Notes under the pieces: model-generated
Told to the model about the DNA's origin: nothing
Databases searched by the model: none
The model's input: only the letters and a program-made list of their open reading frames with translations
Part shown: positions 1 through 10,827 of the stretch, piece after piece
Position numbering within the stretch: position 1 is the first letter of the stretch
How the letters are laid out: each line of letters opens with the position of its first letter
NCBI GenBank assembly: GCA_963765585.1
Contig: CAVXXB010000002.1
Span: 55,841-119,840 of the forward strand
DNA length: 64,000 nucleotides
Source of the DNA: Calditrichia bacterium
GTDB lineage: Bacteria; Calditrichota; Calditrichia; JAJRVZ01
Reading direction: 5' to 3'
Translations under genes and position numbers: made by a program

Positions 1-94
1 ATATGTATACACCTGGTCAGGACAAGACATTTAAATATCTCTTTTATATCCTGTAAATCCTGTCAAAAAAAAATTGACATGACAGCGCATAATA

Positions 95-3000
95 CTATTT
101 TACAATGGTAAATTTTCCAGATTTTGTTTTATCACCACCCCGGGCGAAAAACAGGTAAATACCCGCAGCAATCTTTTCACCATTTTCGTTGGTTAAATCC
201 CATCGGATACCACCGTTTCCATCATTCTCTATCAGTGTTTTTATCATCCTTCCGCCAATATCAAAAATATCCACACGTGCGCCCGGTGCCACATTGGCAA
301 ATCCCAGCCACTCCTGACTTACCCTGGCTGGTTGCGGATAAACAAATATATCAGCAATATCCTGGACTTCACGAACCAGACTAATTTTATTACCGCTGGA
401 AAAGATGCGTCCCTGAATACTCTTCAGGTGCAGCATCTCAAGATAAGCCGATACACCACTGGCTCCGCTATACGAGTCTGAACTCATGTGAATTCGGAAA
501 GTCTGGTTTTTTGTATCCAGTATTTCTACCCCGGTAACCCGTCCCCGGGGTAAAAGATGATAATTATCAATATTAAGAATTGTGCTGGTATCCATAGGCA
601 TATTAAATAGCACATCGATTATCTTTAGTCCGGAATATTCCCATTTCTCCAGATAGGGTAAGTCGCCCTGATCCTGATAGTAAAATGACACCTGCCTTGA
701 ATCCTGATCTATATTTGTTAAATCCATGTCAGTTATCTTGTTCAGATCGAGCAGATATACAGTTTGATCTGTAAATTTTTGTGAAAATGTTACGATACAT
801 GCCCTATGATTCTCAGCGGAAATAACAGATCTGGCATATTGGCTTCCTGGTGTTAGATAAAAATTTTCCGGGAGAAAGGATGCCTCCATCATGTTCTCGT
901 TAAAAAATAATTGGATCTGATCATCATTGATGACTGCAATCGAATCTACAACCGGTGCCGCATTGGGACGGGCAAAGATCACCTTTGACAATGCGCTTTT
1001 TGGTACCTCAAAAGTATTATCAACCACCTGAACCGCATAATAATATATTGAATCCTTGACTACAGATGAATCGATGTAGCTGGTTCCGGCTGTCGAAGAA
1101 TCCAATACAGTCAACTCAAATCCTGACTTGCCTCTGTAGATCAAATGCCTATCAAAATTTGTCGATGTATACCAGTTTAACTCAATACCGCTGCTGTCCA
1201 ACGGTACCGCTGAAAAATTCGATGGCGGAGATGGACGGTTTCCTTCGCCGAATGCATATCCATTAAAATTTTCACCGTTGCTATAATAAAATTCATTAAT
1301 GCCATCTTTATCAAAATCGTGTACTATAATCGTATTGCTTTGCGCGTCTTCAGTGAACCATTGTGGTTCAAGCCGGTTATTAAGAAACTCAAAAATATAC
1401 AGATTTGGTGCCGGTGCCAGTATAAATGAATTTGGCGCAAGTGGTTTTAAGCTACCTGCCGAAAAACCTGAATCAAACAAACGCTGATCTACCACCCCAT
1501 AAATCGATAGATTTTGCTGCACCAGATATGAATTATCTGAAGTAGCCTGTAAAATCCTGAACTGCCAGTACCGCGCATCAAATTCATGTTCATAGTTTAT
1601 ATTGTTCAGGGTGTAACTGCCCGCAATCAGCAGCGGGTTTTCGTTATCATCATACTGTGCTGCGATCATATAGTTTGTAGCGTCCGTATTAGGCAGTCTT
1701 TCCGTATGACGCCAGGTGAATGAATTATTTCCGGTATTTTCATAAATAATCACATCGCCATCATAGTCACCAAAAATAAATTCTTTGTTATTATCACCAT
1801 CCAGATCAATAATTTGTACCGAAGGCGCACCCAGGGAGTTATTTCCGGCACTGGGATTTTCAAATACAAAGACTTCGGAGTATTGGTTATCTGCCGTATT
1901 TTCCAGCACGCGATATGTCTTACCGTATCTCATGATCAGTTCATTCTGGCCGTCTGAATCACAATCATCAATACTACTGGCCCAGTTTCCGGTATCTTCC
2001 AGAATTGTTTGCATGGTTAGTGGTTCCGTCCCGCTGACTTCCAGGAGCCGGCTGATACTGCCATAACCAACAAATAATTCCGGTTTACCATCCTTATCAG
2101 AATCACCATAGGCCCTTGGTATGGATGGGAACTCCGACTCATATATTTTCTCAAATTGTGTACCATCAAATTCATATATCTGAATGGGTCCATAATTTTT
2201 TTTATCATCATAAACAGAAATGACGATCTCTGCCCAGCCATCCTGATCAAAATCTGTCACCTCGGATAACGCATGCCCGGCTGGTATTGACCATGGGAGC
2301 TGCTTAACCGGCGCATCACTTACCAGCTTCCCATCGATCGATGTTTCAAAATATTTCTGATTATTATCGGCGATGGTCGTCAGGCCAGCATTATCTTTTA
2401 GCGAAATATAATATTCGATATCACCGGTGATCTCAAAAGCATCTAAAAGTATGCGGTGATTTGTCGTTGAATATGCCAAAGTCTTTATACCGAAATGGTT
2501 CGTCTGATGATTTTTTTCTGAAATACAATTCACCCCTGGTCACTTCATTTGTCATGAACTCGATCAATACTGAATTTCGGTTTTGATTCAGTAATTTTGT
2601 TACTTCAAGGTTTGATAAACCTGGCGGTGTGCGATCCGTTTTAAAAACAGATCGGTATTCATATGCTCCCCCCTGCAAATTAGTAATGGTAATCCGCAAA
2701 CTGACTGTTGTATCTCCCGCCATGGAAAGATCCAGGATGGTAAGCGTATCTGAGATAATTTGATAGCGGTATTCTGAGACCAGAATCTGCCATTCATCCG
2801 GATCCGGACCAAATCCCATCTCGAGTTTCACTGATCTGAGATCCTGGTCCTGTGCGGTAATAATGACCGGTATATTATTCCGGGTATCACTGCTGCCGCC
2901 AAGCGGTTCGTGAATTGTCAGACTATTTTTCCGCTCGTTTTGAGCTACCCTTTGAAGATCAATTCTTCCCGAGCCATATTTTTCATCCCAACCTGGCTCT

Positions 3001-4259
3001 CCTAAGTCGACAGTATTTGTCCTGAGCAGATTCCGGATCTGGTCCTGGTTTAAATAGGGGTTTTCGGCCAGTAGAATGGCCGCTGCGGCACTGACAATCG
3101 GTGCACTGAAGGAAGTGCCATTAACCGAACTATATGATGCGTTGATCGCTGTGGAGAGAATATCCACACCAGGTGCCACTAAATCAATTGTCGGGCCCCA
3201 GGACGAGAAGTTTGCCAGCAAATCCGCTTCATTTACCGCACCTACGGATATGGTTTCCGGAAAACCGGAGGGATAATGGGTTTCATTTGTTCCGCTGTTA
3301 CCGGCCGAGGTAACCAGTGTAACGCCGCGGGAATATGCGTATCTTATGGCATCTTGCAGAAAGGGCGATACAACTATATCGCCGAAACTCATATTTATGA
3401 TATGGGCTCCGTTTTCAACCGCATAAACGATCGCCCGTGCCACATCGTCTTCTTCCAGATATCCTTGCGAGGTACCGGCACGGAGATTCATGATCTGAAC
3501 CCCGGGAACCAGTCCACTGATGCCGGTCAGGTTGTCTGATTGGGCAGAAATAATTCCGGCAATTTGTGTACCATGGCCATTATAATACTCATCCATCGGG
3601 TCATTATCCGGATCGATATAGTCACCCAGATCACGGTACTGTGGCGCATCGGTAAAATCCCATCCCCACACATCGTCTATATAGCCATTGTCATCATCAT
3701 CAATACCATTTACATCCTGTTCATCAAGCAATCCATTACCATTAAGATCCTCTTTTGTATTCACCCACAGGGATCCCTGTAAGTCAGGATGCAGATAATC
3801 GATTCCTGTGTCAATAACCGCCAGTATTATTTTTTGTATCGGCTTATAGTATGTCCAGGCAGCTGCTCCGGACACCTTGGCATGATACCATTGTTGATTA
3901 TATAAAGAATCGTTGGGAGGTGAATTGAACACACGAAGCGCGTGATTTTCCTGATAGATCTGAATTTTGCCATCTGCTTGCAGGGTGGATAGTTCCTGAA
4001 GGCTGATCTGACCTGCCGGTATCACATACCATTCTTCCAGGGCGGAATCTGAGTTATTGACGACCGGCATAACTTTATTCGACGCTATAATACCAAGGTA
4101 CTGGCCAACACTTTGGGTTGCAGGTTTCTTATTCAGGGAATATTTCGCTAGTTTGACCAGATATTCAGGATCATCTGCAAAAGAGATCGAAGATGATAAT
4201 AGGAAGTATAAAATACTAAAAAATACACTTATTTTGATAGCCGGAGATTTAACAGGCAT
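95..4259 (-). CDS. Secreted S8 (subtilisin-like) serine peptidase with FG-GAP/VCBS-like repeats, FN3, Ig-like domains and C-terminal FlgD-Ig/T9SS-type sorting domain; split by one +1 frameshift near 2485 (ORFs 2433..4259 and 95..2533)
   Basis: Signal peptide; triad IDTG / HGTQIAG / GTSFSAP; D-x-D-x-D-G repeats; C-terminus VYPQP...IFDIGGRMIKTL...WDLTNENG...GIYLF. Removing one A from CGG TAT AAA G ACT TTG joins ...PFRYK to TLAYST...; total span 4165 = 3n+1. Confidence 0.85.
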
Positions 4260-4319
4260 GATACCTCAGAAATGGAATTCAGATTAATCGCTTTTCGTTA
4301 CGGATTATACCTCTCACGA

Positions 4320-5384
4320 CTATTTCTGTTCCAACACCACTATCTTTTTCAAAAAGTCCACTTTCTTTACAATATTTTTATTATCCGGGTTTTGTTCCTG
4401 TAAGGTTTCAAAAACACGTAAAGCCTCAACATACTTCTTTTGCGAAACCAATATTTCACCCAGGGTCTGCGTTACAATTTTGGGTTGTTTAAATTCACTG
4501 TCTCTTCCGGCATCCTTATCGGGTACTTTATCCTGAGCCGCCTTCTTTGGGGCAGGATCTTCGGCTTTTTTGCTATTATTCTTTTCAAGCAGAATTTCAG
4601 TTACATCAGTATCACTTGCGGCCACAGCCCATTCTTGATTCTCTTCCGCGCTATGATCAGAATCATCTTTATCAAACTGTAGTTCATCAAGATCCTCATA
4701 TTCATTATCCTGATCGGATTTTTCAGAATCCGTTTCTTTTCGTAAACGAATTTCTTCTTCATAAGTCGCCCGGTCATTGGTTTCCGTATCCGTCGCAAGG
4801 TCTTCGGCCGCTGTACCAAGCGAAAGATTGACATCTTCATCCTCATCCGGTTTGGCTTCTTTTTCCTGTTTTCCCTGAATAATAGTAGTAAAATCATCAT
4901 CGGTATTATCAAACTGGCTTAGATCTACTTTATCAACATTTAGCGGATCTTTGGGATCCTGAATCTTCATTTCCTGAATAGCATCTGCAATTTCACCAGG
5001 TGACTTTGCCATCTTTTGGACAGCTTCATCAAAAGGATTAAGAATTTGCAGTATCGCAATTTTTTCTTTGCTCTGCAGTTCCATCCCATTTAGCTGATAC
5101 AATTCGACCAGGCGTTGAATTGCTTTTAAGTGATTCGGATCGTACTTAATTGCCCGTTCATATTCCGTTCTGGCCTGATTAGTCATTTCTTTTTGTTCAT
5201 AGCATCTTGCAAGAACATAGTGGCCCTGGGCATACATAGGAAATTTTTTGATTCCGGTCTCACAAATACTGACGGCTTCTTCTGTGCTTCCTTTTTCTAA
5301 CAAGTTTGAAGCAACTCGTGCAAATAAAACTTCCATATCACGATCTTCTAACATTTTTTTTAGCTGATCGGTTTTTGTAGCCAC
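4320..5384 (-). CDS. TPR-repeat protein with long acidic linker and C-terminal TPR-like helix pair
   Basis: N-terminal TPRs (AQGHYVLARCYEQ, YERAIKYDPNH), D/E-rich middle, C-terminal IVTQTLGEILVSQ...ALRVFETL. Confidence 0.75.
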   Translation of the reverse strand: MATKTDQLKKMLEDRDMEVLFARVASNLLEKGSTEEAVSICETGIKKFPMYAQGHYVLARCYEQKEMTNQARTEYERAIKYDPNHLKAIQRLVELYQLNGMELQSKEKIAILQILNPFDEAVQKMAKSPGEIADAIQEMKIQDPKDPLNVDKVDLSQFDNTDDDFTTIIQGKQEKEAKPDEDEDVNLSLGTAAEDLATDTETNDRATYEEEIRLRKETDSEKSDQDNEYEDLDELQFDKDDSDHSAEENQEWAVAASDTDVTEILLEKNNSKKAEDPAPKKAAQDKVPDKDAGRDSEFKQPKIVTQTLGEILVSQKKYVEALRVFETLQEQNPDNKNIVKKVDFLKKIVVLEQK

Positions 5385-5398
5385 CTGAATCCTCCCTA

Positions 5399-6850
5399 TT
5401 AACTTTTCTGAAGATAGTGTTTAATTGACAAATAGCCGATAAAACCAAATCCAAATAAGAATAAAAACATAAATGGTATAATGCCCAATTCGAAGTGATA
5501 GAATGCAACTATAATTCCTATCGAACTGTAAAGCGCCATAAGTAATTCAAAAACCACTGTCTTGTCAGGTGCAATATAATATTTTTTACCGCTAAAAGAA
5601 CCTTTGCGACCCATCAGTTGGTACTTTGGTGTGCGGATAAATGGTGTTTTATATTTAAAAAGCCCCTCAATTACAGCACGTGAATTATTTATTGAGAATC
5701 CCATGCTCCCTGACATGAATAATGGAAATAGCATGAGTCTCTGTTTCCAGTCAGAATAGATATGCCTTAAAGAGATTGTATAAAAAATAAATGAACCCAC
5801 AAATGATATTAGAAAAAAGGCAAAGATCGCAAAATACATTCCGGATTCGGGCCTATGTGCTTTAATTAGCACAATCGGTAAATTAAGCAGGGCCAGAACT
5901 AAAATAAACGGGTATACAAAATTATTGGTTAAATGAAATGTAGAATGAACCTTCAGACGAAGTGGTAATTTACTTTTCCACAATTTTGGCAAAATTTTAC
6001 GGGCGGTTTCGACCGCACCCTTGGTCCACCGGTATTGCTGACTTTTAAGGGCATTAATTTCTGCAGGAAGTTCGGATGGCGTAACCACATCGTTCAGGAA
6101 CATGAATTTCCAGCCCTTCAGTTGTGCCCTGTAACTTAAATCCAGATCTTCAGTTAAGGTATCTGCCTGCCAGTTTCCCGCATCCAGTATACATTTCTTT
6201 CGCCAAACACCTGCGGTACCGTTAAAATTGATAAAGAAGCCGGCGGCATTACGCCCGTTCTGCTCAATTACAAAATGTCCGGAAAGTCCGAATGCCTGAG
6301 CCCTTGTCAAAAGCGAGAATTCTTCATTCAAATGATCCCAGCGTGTTTGGACCATACCTATCTGCTGATCAGAAAAATAGCTCACCGTCCGGCGCAGAAA
6401 ATCCGGATTTGGGATAAAATCTGCATCAAATATGGCAAGTAATTCACCCTTTGCAGCGTGTAGCCCGGCTTTTAGTGCGCCTGCTTTAAACCCGGAACGG
6501 TCGGTGCGATGTATATGAACAATATCATATCCCAGATTTTTATAGTGCGCTATTTCATTTTTACAAATTTCAAACGTTTCGTCTGTGGAATCATCGAGCA
6601 CCTGAATTTCCAGTTTTTCTAACGGGTATTCCAATGCGCATACCGCCGCAATAAGTCGTTTCGCCACGTACAATTCATTAAAAACCGGTAACTGTACCGT
6701 TACAACCGGTAAAACATTTTCGTCCTGATTGGCCTTTCGGCGCTTTCCATAGCGAATAAATTTATAGGTCAGATACATAGATTCCAGGCTGAATATTCCT
6801 ACAATTAACAATGCTACAAAATATATATTTAATACAATCGTATTCAGCAT
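5399..6850 (-). CDS. Processive GT2 glycosyltransferase, cellulose-synthase-like
   Basis: QLPVFNE, QVLDDS, FKAGAL, FDAD, TED and QQYRW (QxxRW) motifs, several TM helices. Confidence 0.9.
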   Translation of the reverse strand: MLNTIVLNIYFVALLIVGIFSLESMYLTYKFIRYGKRRKANQDENVLPVVTVQLPVFNELYVAKRLIAAVCALEYPLEKLEIQVLDDSTDETFEICKNEIAHYKNLGYDIVHIHRTDRSGFKAGALKAGLHAAKGELLAIFDADFIPNPDFLRRTVSYFSDQQIGMVQTRWDHLNEEFSLLTRAQAFGLSGHFVIEQNGRNAAGFFINFNGTAGVWRKKCILDAGNWQADTLTEDLDLSYRAQLKGWKFMFLNDVVTPSELPAEINALKSQQYRWTKGAVETARKILPKLWKSKLPLRLKVHSTFHLTNNFVYPFILVLALLNLPIVLIKAHRPESGMYFAIFAFFLISFVGSFIFYTISLRHIYSDWKQRLMLFPLFMSGSMGFSINNSRAVIEGLFKYKTPFIRTPKYQLMGRKGSFSGKKYYIAPDKTVVFELLMALYSSIGIIVAFYHFELGIIPFMFLFLFGFGFIGYLSIKHYLQKS

Positions 6851-6854
6851 GCGA

Positions 6855-7349
6855 TTACCAGTATCCCAGTGTATTATTAAGGATGTCCTGGGTAATCTTA
6901 TTTAACGCATCCTGAATGGCTTGATTTTGTTCGTCAGCCGATCCTGTTCCGGACATATCACCGAATTGGCTAAGTGTTTTTTCCCACAATACTTTATTAT
7001 TTTTTACATCCTCGCATTTTATGCGGGCATTTACAACCATTTGATATGATTCAACCGTTTCTGCCTGTTCGCCGCTACTCAGAATGGCCGGGCGTTGAAT
7101 GATTGACCCGATGGTCCCGCTGATTATAATATCCGCCTTGGATTCAGAAGTAACTTCAAGTGTATTGTCACTTACCAGCTGATCTACTAGTTTGTTGGTC
7201 AGATCCTGGTTTACGCCGCTAAAGGAGGTATTATTTTCAAACAAGGGCACGGCAACCCGGTTGACATGAGATGGCAATGAACCGGTAAAGGAATAGTTCA
7301 GACATCCCGTAAATAATAAAAGTATTGGTAATAAATATTTATAAGCCAT
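6855..7349 (-). CDS. lptE: LPS assembly lipoprotein LptE-like
   Basis: Likely start MAYKYLLPILLLFTGC (lipobox) at 7349 overlapping the upstream stop; YSFTG...VAVPLFENNT...ADIIISGTI...NTLGYW typical of FCB LptE. Confidence 0.75.
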   Translation of the reverse strand: MAYKYLLPILLLFTGCLNYSFTGSLPSHVNRVAVPLFENNTSFSGVNQDLTNKLVDQLVSDNTLEVTSESKADIIISGTIGSIIQRPAILSSGEQAETVESYQMVVNARIKCEDVKNNKVLWEKTLSQFGDMSGTGSADEQNQAIQDALNKITQDILNNTLGYW

Positions 7350-8502
7350 ATTCTTTGATCTTACGATAAAGGGTTCTTTCACTGATCTGCATTGCACGTG
7401 CGGCTTTCCGCCGGCTGCCGTCATATTTTTGTAAGGTTTCCTTAATTAACTCACGTTCCATCCCGCTTAAGGTGGATGGTTTTAATTCATTTTTAAAATC
7501 TGCATTAACTACCGGTGTTTCCTGAGGATTTAATTCAAATTCGCGACTATCATTATTCCCATTTGTTATATTCAGCAGGATTTTTTTTATTTCAGTCATC
7601 TCTAATTTCAGTGCCAGCAGCGTTCGATAAATTATTTCACGTTCTGCCTGTTCCGGTGAAATATTGAGTGGAACCGGCAGGTTTGATGAGCCGGTCTCGA
7701 TTGACTTTACCGGTAAATTCTTTGCAATGTATGCAGAATTAACCACTTCTCCCCTGTTTAAAATCAGAGAAGTTTCCACAAAATTTCGCAATTCCCTTAC
7801 ATTCCCGGGCCAGTCATATCGTTTCATCAATTCAATGCCATCGGGAGAAAAACCCTTAAATTCAATATTTTCTGATTCTGAAAAATCACGGATAAATTTT
7901 TTAACGAGTATAGGTATATCGCCTAACCTTTTGCGTAATGGTGGAAGACTAATCGTAATTGCTTTTAGCCTGAAATAAAGATCCTCTCTAAATTCACCAT
8001 TTTTTACTGCGAATTCCAGATTTTTATTAGTTGCTGTAATTATTCTTACATCTACCTTTTGTGTCCGCGTGTCTCCTACGCGCATAAATTCAGATTCTTC
8101 GATCACACGAAGTAATTTTACCTGGGTATTCAATGACATCTCACCAATCTCATCAAGAAAAATGGTACCCTTGTCAGCCACTTCAAAATAGCCTTTTTTC
8201 TGACTAACAGCACCGGTAAACGAACCTTTTTCGTGACCAAATAATTCGCTTTCCAGGATACCCTCAGGAATCGCCCCGGTATTTACGGTAATCAGTGTTT
8301 CATTTTTTCTGTTACTTGCTGTATGAATGGCACGCGCGACGACTTCCTTGCCTGTACCACTTTCACCAATAATAAGTACAGAAAGATCAGTCGGTGCCAC
8401 AGTAGAAATAGTACGTACAATTTCCTCAATTTCAGGGGAGGAACCATATAATCCCAAATTCAGCTTTAATTCGGAAATTTTGTCAGTAGTTTCGTTATTC
8501 AT
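7339..8502 (-). CDS. Sigma54-interacting AAA+ transcriptional activator (Fis-HTH), no receiver domain
   Basis: GESGTGKE, ESELFGHEKGSFTGA, FLDEIGE, FREDLYFRL, WPGNVREL, C-terminal HTH ISERTLYRKIKEYG. Confidence 0.92.
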   Translation of the reverse strand: MNNETTDKISELKLNLGLYGSSPEIEEIVRTISTVAPTDLSVLIIGESGTGKEVVARAIHTASNRKNETLITVNTGAIPEGILESELFGHEKGSFTGAVSQKKGYFEVADKGTIFLDEIGEMSLNTQVKLLRVIEESEFMRVGDTRTQKVDVRIITATNKNLEFAVKNGEFREDLYFRLKAITISLPPLRKRLGDIPILVKKFIRDFSESENIEFKGFSPDGIELMKRYDWPGNVRELRNFVETSLILNRGEVVNSAYIAKNLPVKSIETGSSNLPVPLNISPEQAEREIIYRTLLALKLEMTEIKKILLNITNGNNDSREFELNPQETPVVNADFKNELKPSTLSGMERELIKETLQKYDGSRRKAARAMQISERTLYRKIKEYGL

Positions 8503-8520
8503 GGGGTAGAAAACAAGTTA

Positions 8521-8533
8521 TAAGTTATTGATT
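8521..8533 (-). promoter_or_regulatory. Candidate IHF-binding site upstream of the sigma54 activator
   Basis: Minus strand AATCAATAACTTA is an exact match to WATCAANNNNTTR; AT-rich context makes chance possible. Confidence 0.35.
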
Positions 8534-8583
8534 TATCAATGATTAAATTAATCAATGATCGTTCTAAAGTCAAGGATGCAAAA

Positions 8584-9006
8584 TCAGACAGATTGGCTGA
8601 GTTGATCGTCGATTTGCAGGATGCGAGACCAAATTTTATCTTCAACCGGCATCACAGATAAGCGAGTAAATTTTACTAACATAAATTCAGCAAAGAAAGG
8701 ATCTTCTTTCAACATTTTTAAAGTTACCATACCGCTTAATTTTTTCTCTGGTGTTACATCAATCACGATAAATTTTTTGTTATCTTTTTTCGGATCGGGA
8801 TATGGGTCTGAACTAACTGTTCCAATACCAGCGATGCATTTATCTTTGCCGGTGTGATAGATGAATACAGTATCACCGGATCTGATATTATTCATGTTTT
8901 TTAGCGCCCAGTTATTTGTTACCCCATCCCAGATTGTTTTCTTCTCCCCAATGAGGTCATCATAAGAATATTCACCGGGCTCAGTTTTTAAAAGCCAGTA
9001 AGCCAT
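8584..9006 (-). CDS. EVE domain protein
   Basis: YWLLKTEP...WDGVTNNWA...GDTVFIYHT...SDPYPDP...RLSVMPV. Confidence 0.9.
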   Translation of the reverse strand: MAYWLLKTEPGEYSYDDLIGEKKTIWDGVTNNWALKNMNNIRSGDTVFIYHTGKDKCIAGIGTVSSDPYPDPKKDNKKFIVIDVTPEKKLSGMVTLKMLKEDPFFAEFMLVKFTRLSVMPVEDKIWSRILQIDDQLSQSV

Positions 9007-9009
9007 CTG

Positions 9010-10242
9010 CTATCCTAACTTGTTCACGATAATTTTTCCTTTTTTCATCGTCATTTTTACATGATTAATACCCAAATGATAGGGTAAATATTCCAGATTT
9101 GGAATATCAAGCAAAATTAGATCCGCCTGTTTGGCCTTTTCTATTGTTCCCAGTTTTTCACCGAGTTCAAGACTAATGGCTGGAATATAGGTTGTGGCCC
9201 ATAATAATTCACCTGGCAGGAGTCCCATTTTTAAAGCGGCGACGGACCATGCCAGCTGCATATTCTGGTTCATTGCGCTCCCGGGATTAAAATCCGTTGC
9301 CACTCCAACCTTACAACCGGCTTCAATCATCTTACGGGCTGGGGCATACCTGTCTTTGCGCAAAAAGAACGTAGTTACCGGTAGCAGCATAGGTATCACA
9401 TTATTTCCGGCCATCATTTCTATACCCTGTGCTGATATCTCCACGAGATGATCTGCTGTTACTGCGCCTATTTCTGCTGCCAGTTCTGCACCACCAAAGG
9501 GATGTAATTCGTCAGCATGAATACGTGCTTTCAGGCCATATCCGGCTGCAGCATCCAAAATCGACCTAGTTTCGTCAACAGAAAATACACCTTTTTCACA
9601 AAACACATCACAATATTTTGCCAGATTTTTATCTGCTACCAGAGGAATCATTTCATCAATAATCAATCGGATATATTTTTCCCGCTTATCGCGATATTCA
9701 TCCGGTACTTCATGGGCGCCCAAAAATGTAGGAACCATCTCCAGATCCTGTTCGCGATTGAGTTCTGATATTATTTCAAGTGCTTTTATTTCATCCCTGG
9801 TTGTCAATCCATAGCCACTTTTTGCTTCGATTGTCGTTGTTCCATATTCAGGGAAGACGGTAATTCTGTCACGGGTAAGTTCTTTAATTTCCTGTTTATC
9901 TGCATTTTGAAAACTTCGCGCACTATTCCGAATTCCCCCTCCGGCTTGTGCAATTTCTTCATAAGATTTGCCCTGCAAACGCATTGTGAACTCTTTTTCG
10001 CGGGTATGCCAGAAGACGGGATGTGTGTGTCCATCGATAAAACCGGGAAGCAGGCAGCATCCCCGGGCATCAATTATCTGATCGATTTCTTTTTTCCCGG
10101 GTAAATTTTCACCGGTAATTATTTCCTCGATGACCCCATCTTTTACCAGAATCTGTGGGCGGGCCAGTTCGGTAATATCGCCAAATTGCCCATGAACATC
10201 GGGTGTATATAAACTGGAAATATTCTTTATTAAAACGCGCAT
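9010..10242 (-). CDS. hutI: Imidazolonepropionase
   Basis: PGFIDGHTH, GGGI, GTTTIEAKSGYGL, DVFCEKGVF, IHADEL, ADHL, ATDFNPG; start placed at MRVLIKN (10242). Confidence 0.93.
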   Translation of the reverse strand: MRVLIKNISSLYTPDVHGQFGDITELARPQILVKDGVIEEIITGENLPGKKEIDQIIDARGCCLLPGFIDGHTHPVFWHTREKEFTMRLQGKSYEEIAQAGGGIRNSARSFQNADKQEIKELTRDRITVFPEYGTTTIEAKSGYGLTTRDEIKALEIISELNREQDLEMVPTFLGAHEVPDEYRDKREKYIRLIIDEMIPLVADKNLAKYCDVFCEKGVFSVDETRSILDAAAGYGLKARIHADELHPFGGAELAAEIGAVTADHLVEISAQGIEMMAGNNVIPMLLPVTTFFLRKDRYAPARKMIEAGCKVGVATDFNPGSAMNQNMQLAWSVAALKMGLLPGELLWATTYIPAISLELGEKLGTIEKAKQADLILLDIPNLEYLPYHLGINHVKMTMKKGKIIVNKLG

Positions 10243-10253
10243 CTGTTTCCTTA

Positions 10254-10742
10254 TTATAACTTTTTGAATTCCTGAGTTAATTTTTGCCATGATTTTTGCA
10301 GAGATTCCGAAATAATTTTAGTATCGCCGATCACCGGCATAAAATTAGTATCGCCATTCCAGCGCGGGACGATGTGATAGTGCAAATGTGCGTCGATACC
10401 AGCACCAGCTGCCCGGCCAAGATTAAGACCCACATTGAAGCCATGAGGATCCATGCTGTTTTTCAGAGCAATAATCGATTGCTGGATTAGCAATTGTAAA
10501 TCAGCTAATATCTCTTTTGTCAATTTTGTAAAATCAGATTCATGGACATATGGAATTACTAAAATATGCCCATTATTATAGGGAAATTTATTCAACATGA
10601 CAAAACACAGTTCTGAGCGGTGAATAATATAGTTTTCTTCATCGTTTTGTTGACCCGGCAGGTCGCAAAATATACATCCCCCGGTCGGTTCTTTTGCATC
10701 AGTAATATACTCCATACGCCACGGAGCCCATAATTTTTCCAT
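10254..10742 (-). CDS. HIT family nucleotide hydrolase (Ap4A phosphorylase/hydrolase-like)
   Basis: LWAPWRMEY, CIFC, LNKFPYNNGH, HLHYH histidine triad; start at MEKLW (10742). Confidence 0.9.
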   Translation of the reverse strand: MEKLWAPWRMEYITDAKEPTGGCIFCDLPGQQNDEENYIIHRSELCFVMLNKFPYNNGHILVIPYVHESDFTKLTKEILADLQLLIQQSIIALKNSMDPHGFNVGLNLGRAAGAGIDAHLHYHIVPRWNGDTNFMPVIGDTKIISESLQKSWQKLTQEFKKL

Positions 10743-10763
10743 ATTCCCACCGTTTTTAACCAT

Positions 10764-10796
10764 AAAAGCCCGATACAACAATGTTATACCGGGCTT
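10764..10796 (-). terminator. Terminator-like hairpin after fusA
   Basis: Minus strand AAGCCCGGTATAAC-ATT-GTTGTATCGGGCTT followed by short T-run. Confidence 0.55.
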
Positions 10797-10827
10797 AACT
10801 CTTATTAATTAAAATAATTTAATTAGA

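Noticed and set aside
2433-2533. Programmed frameshift in the S8 peptidase (and other split genes)
   Set aside because: No slippery site plus stimulator; a single extra base explains it and similar insertions are widespread
8584-9006. Modification-dependent restriction/defence system via EVE domain
   Set aside because: Stand-alone EVE in a housekeeping context with no nuclease partner
9010-10242. Histidine utilisation operon
   Set aside because: Only hutI is present; hutH/U/G not in the window
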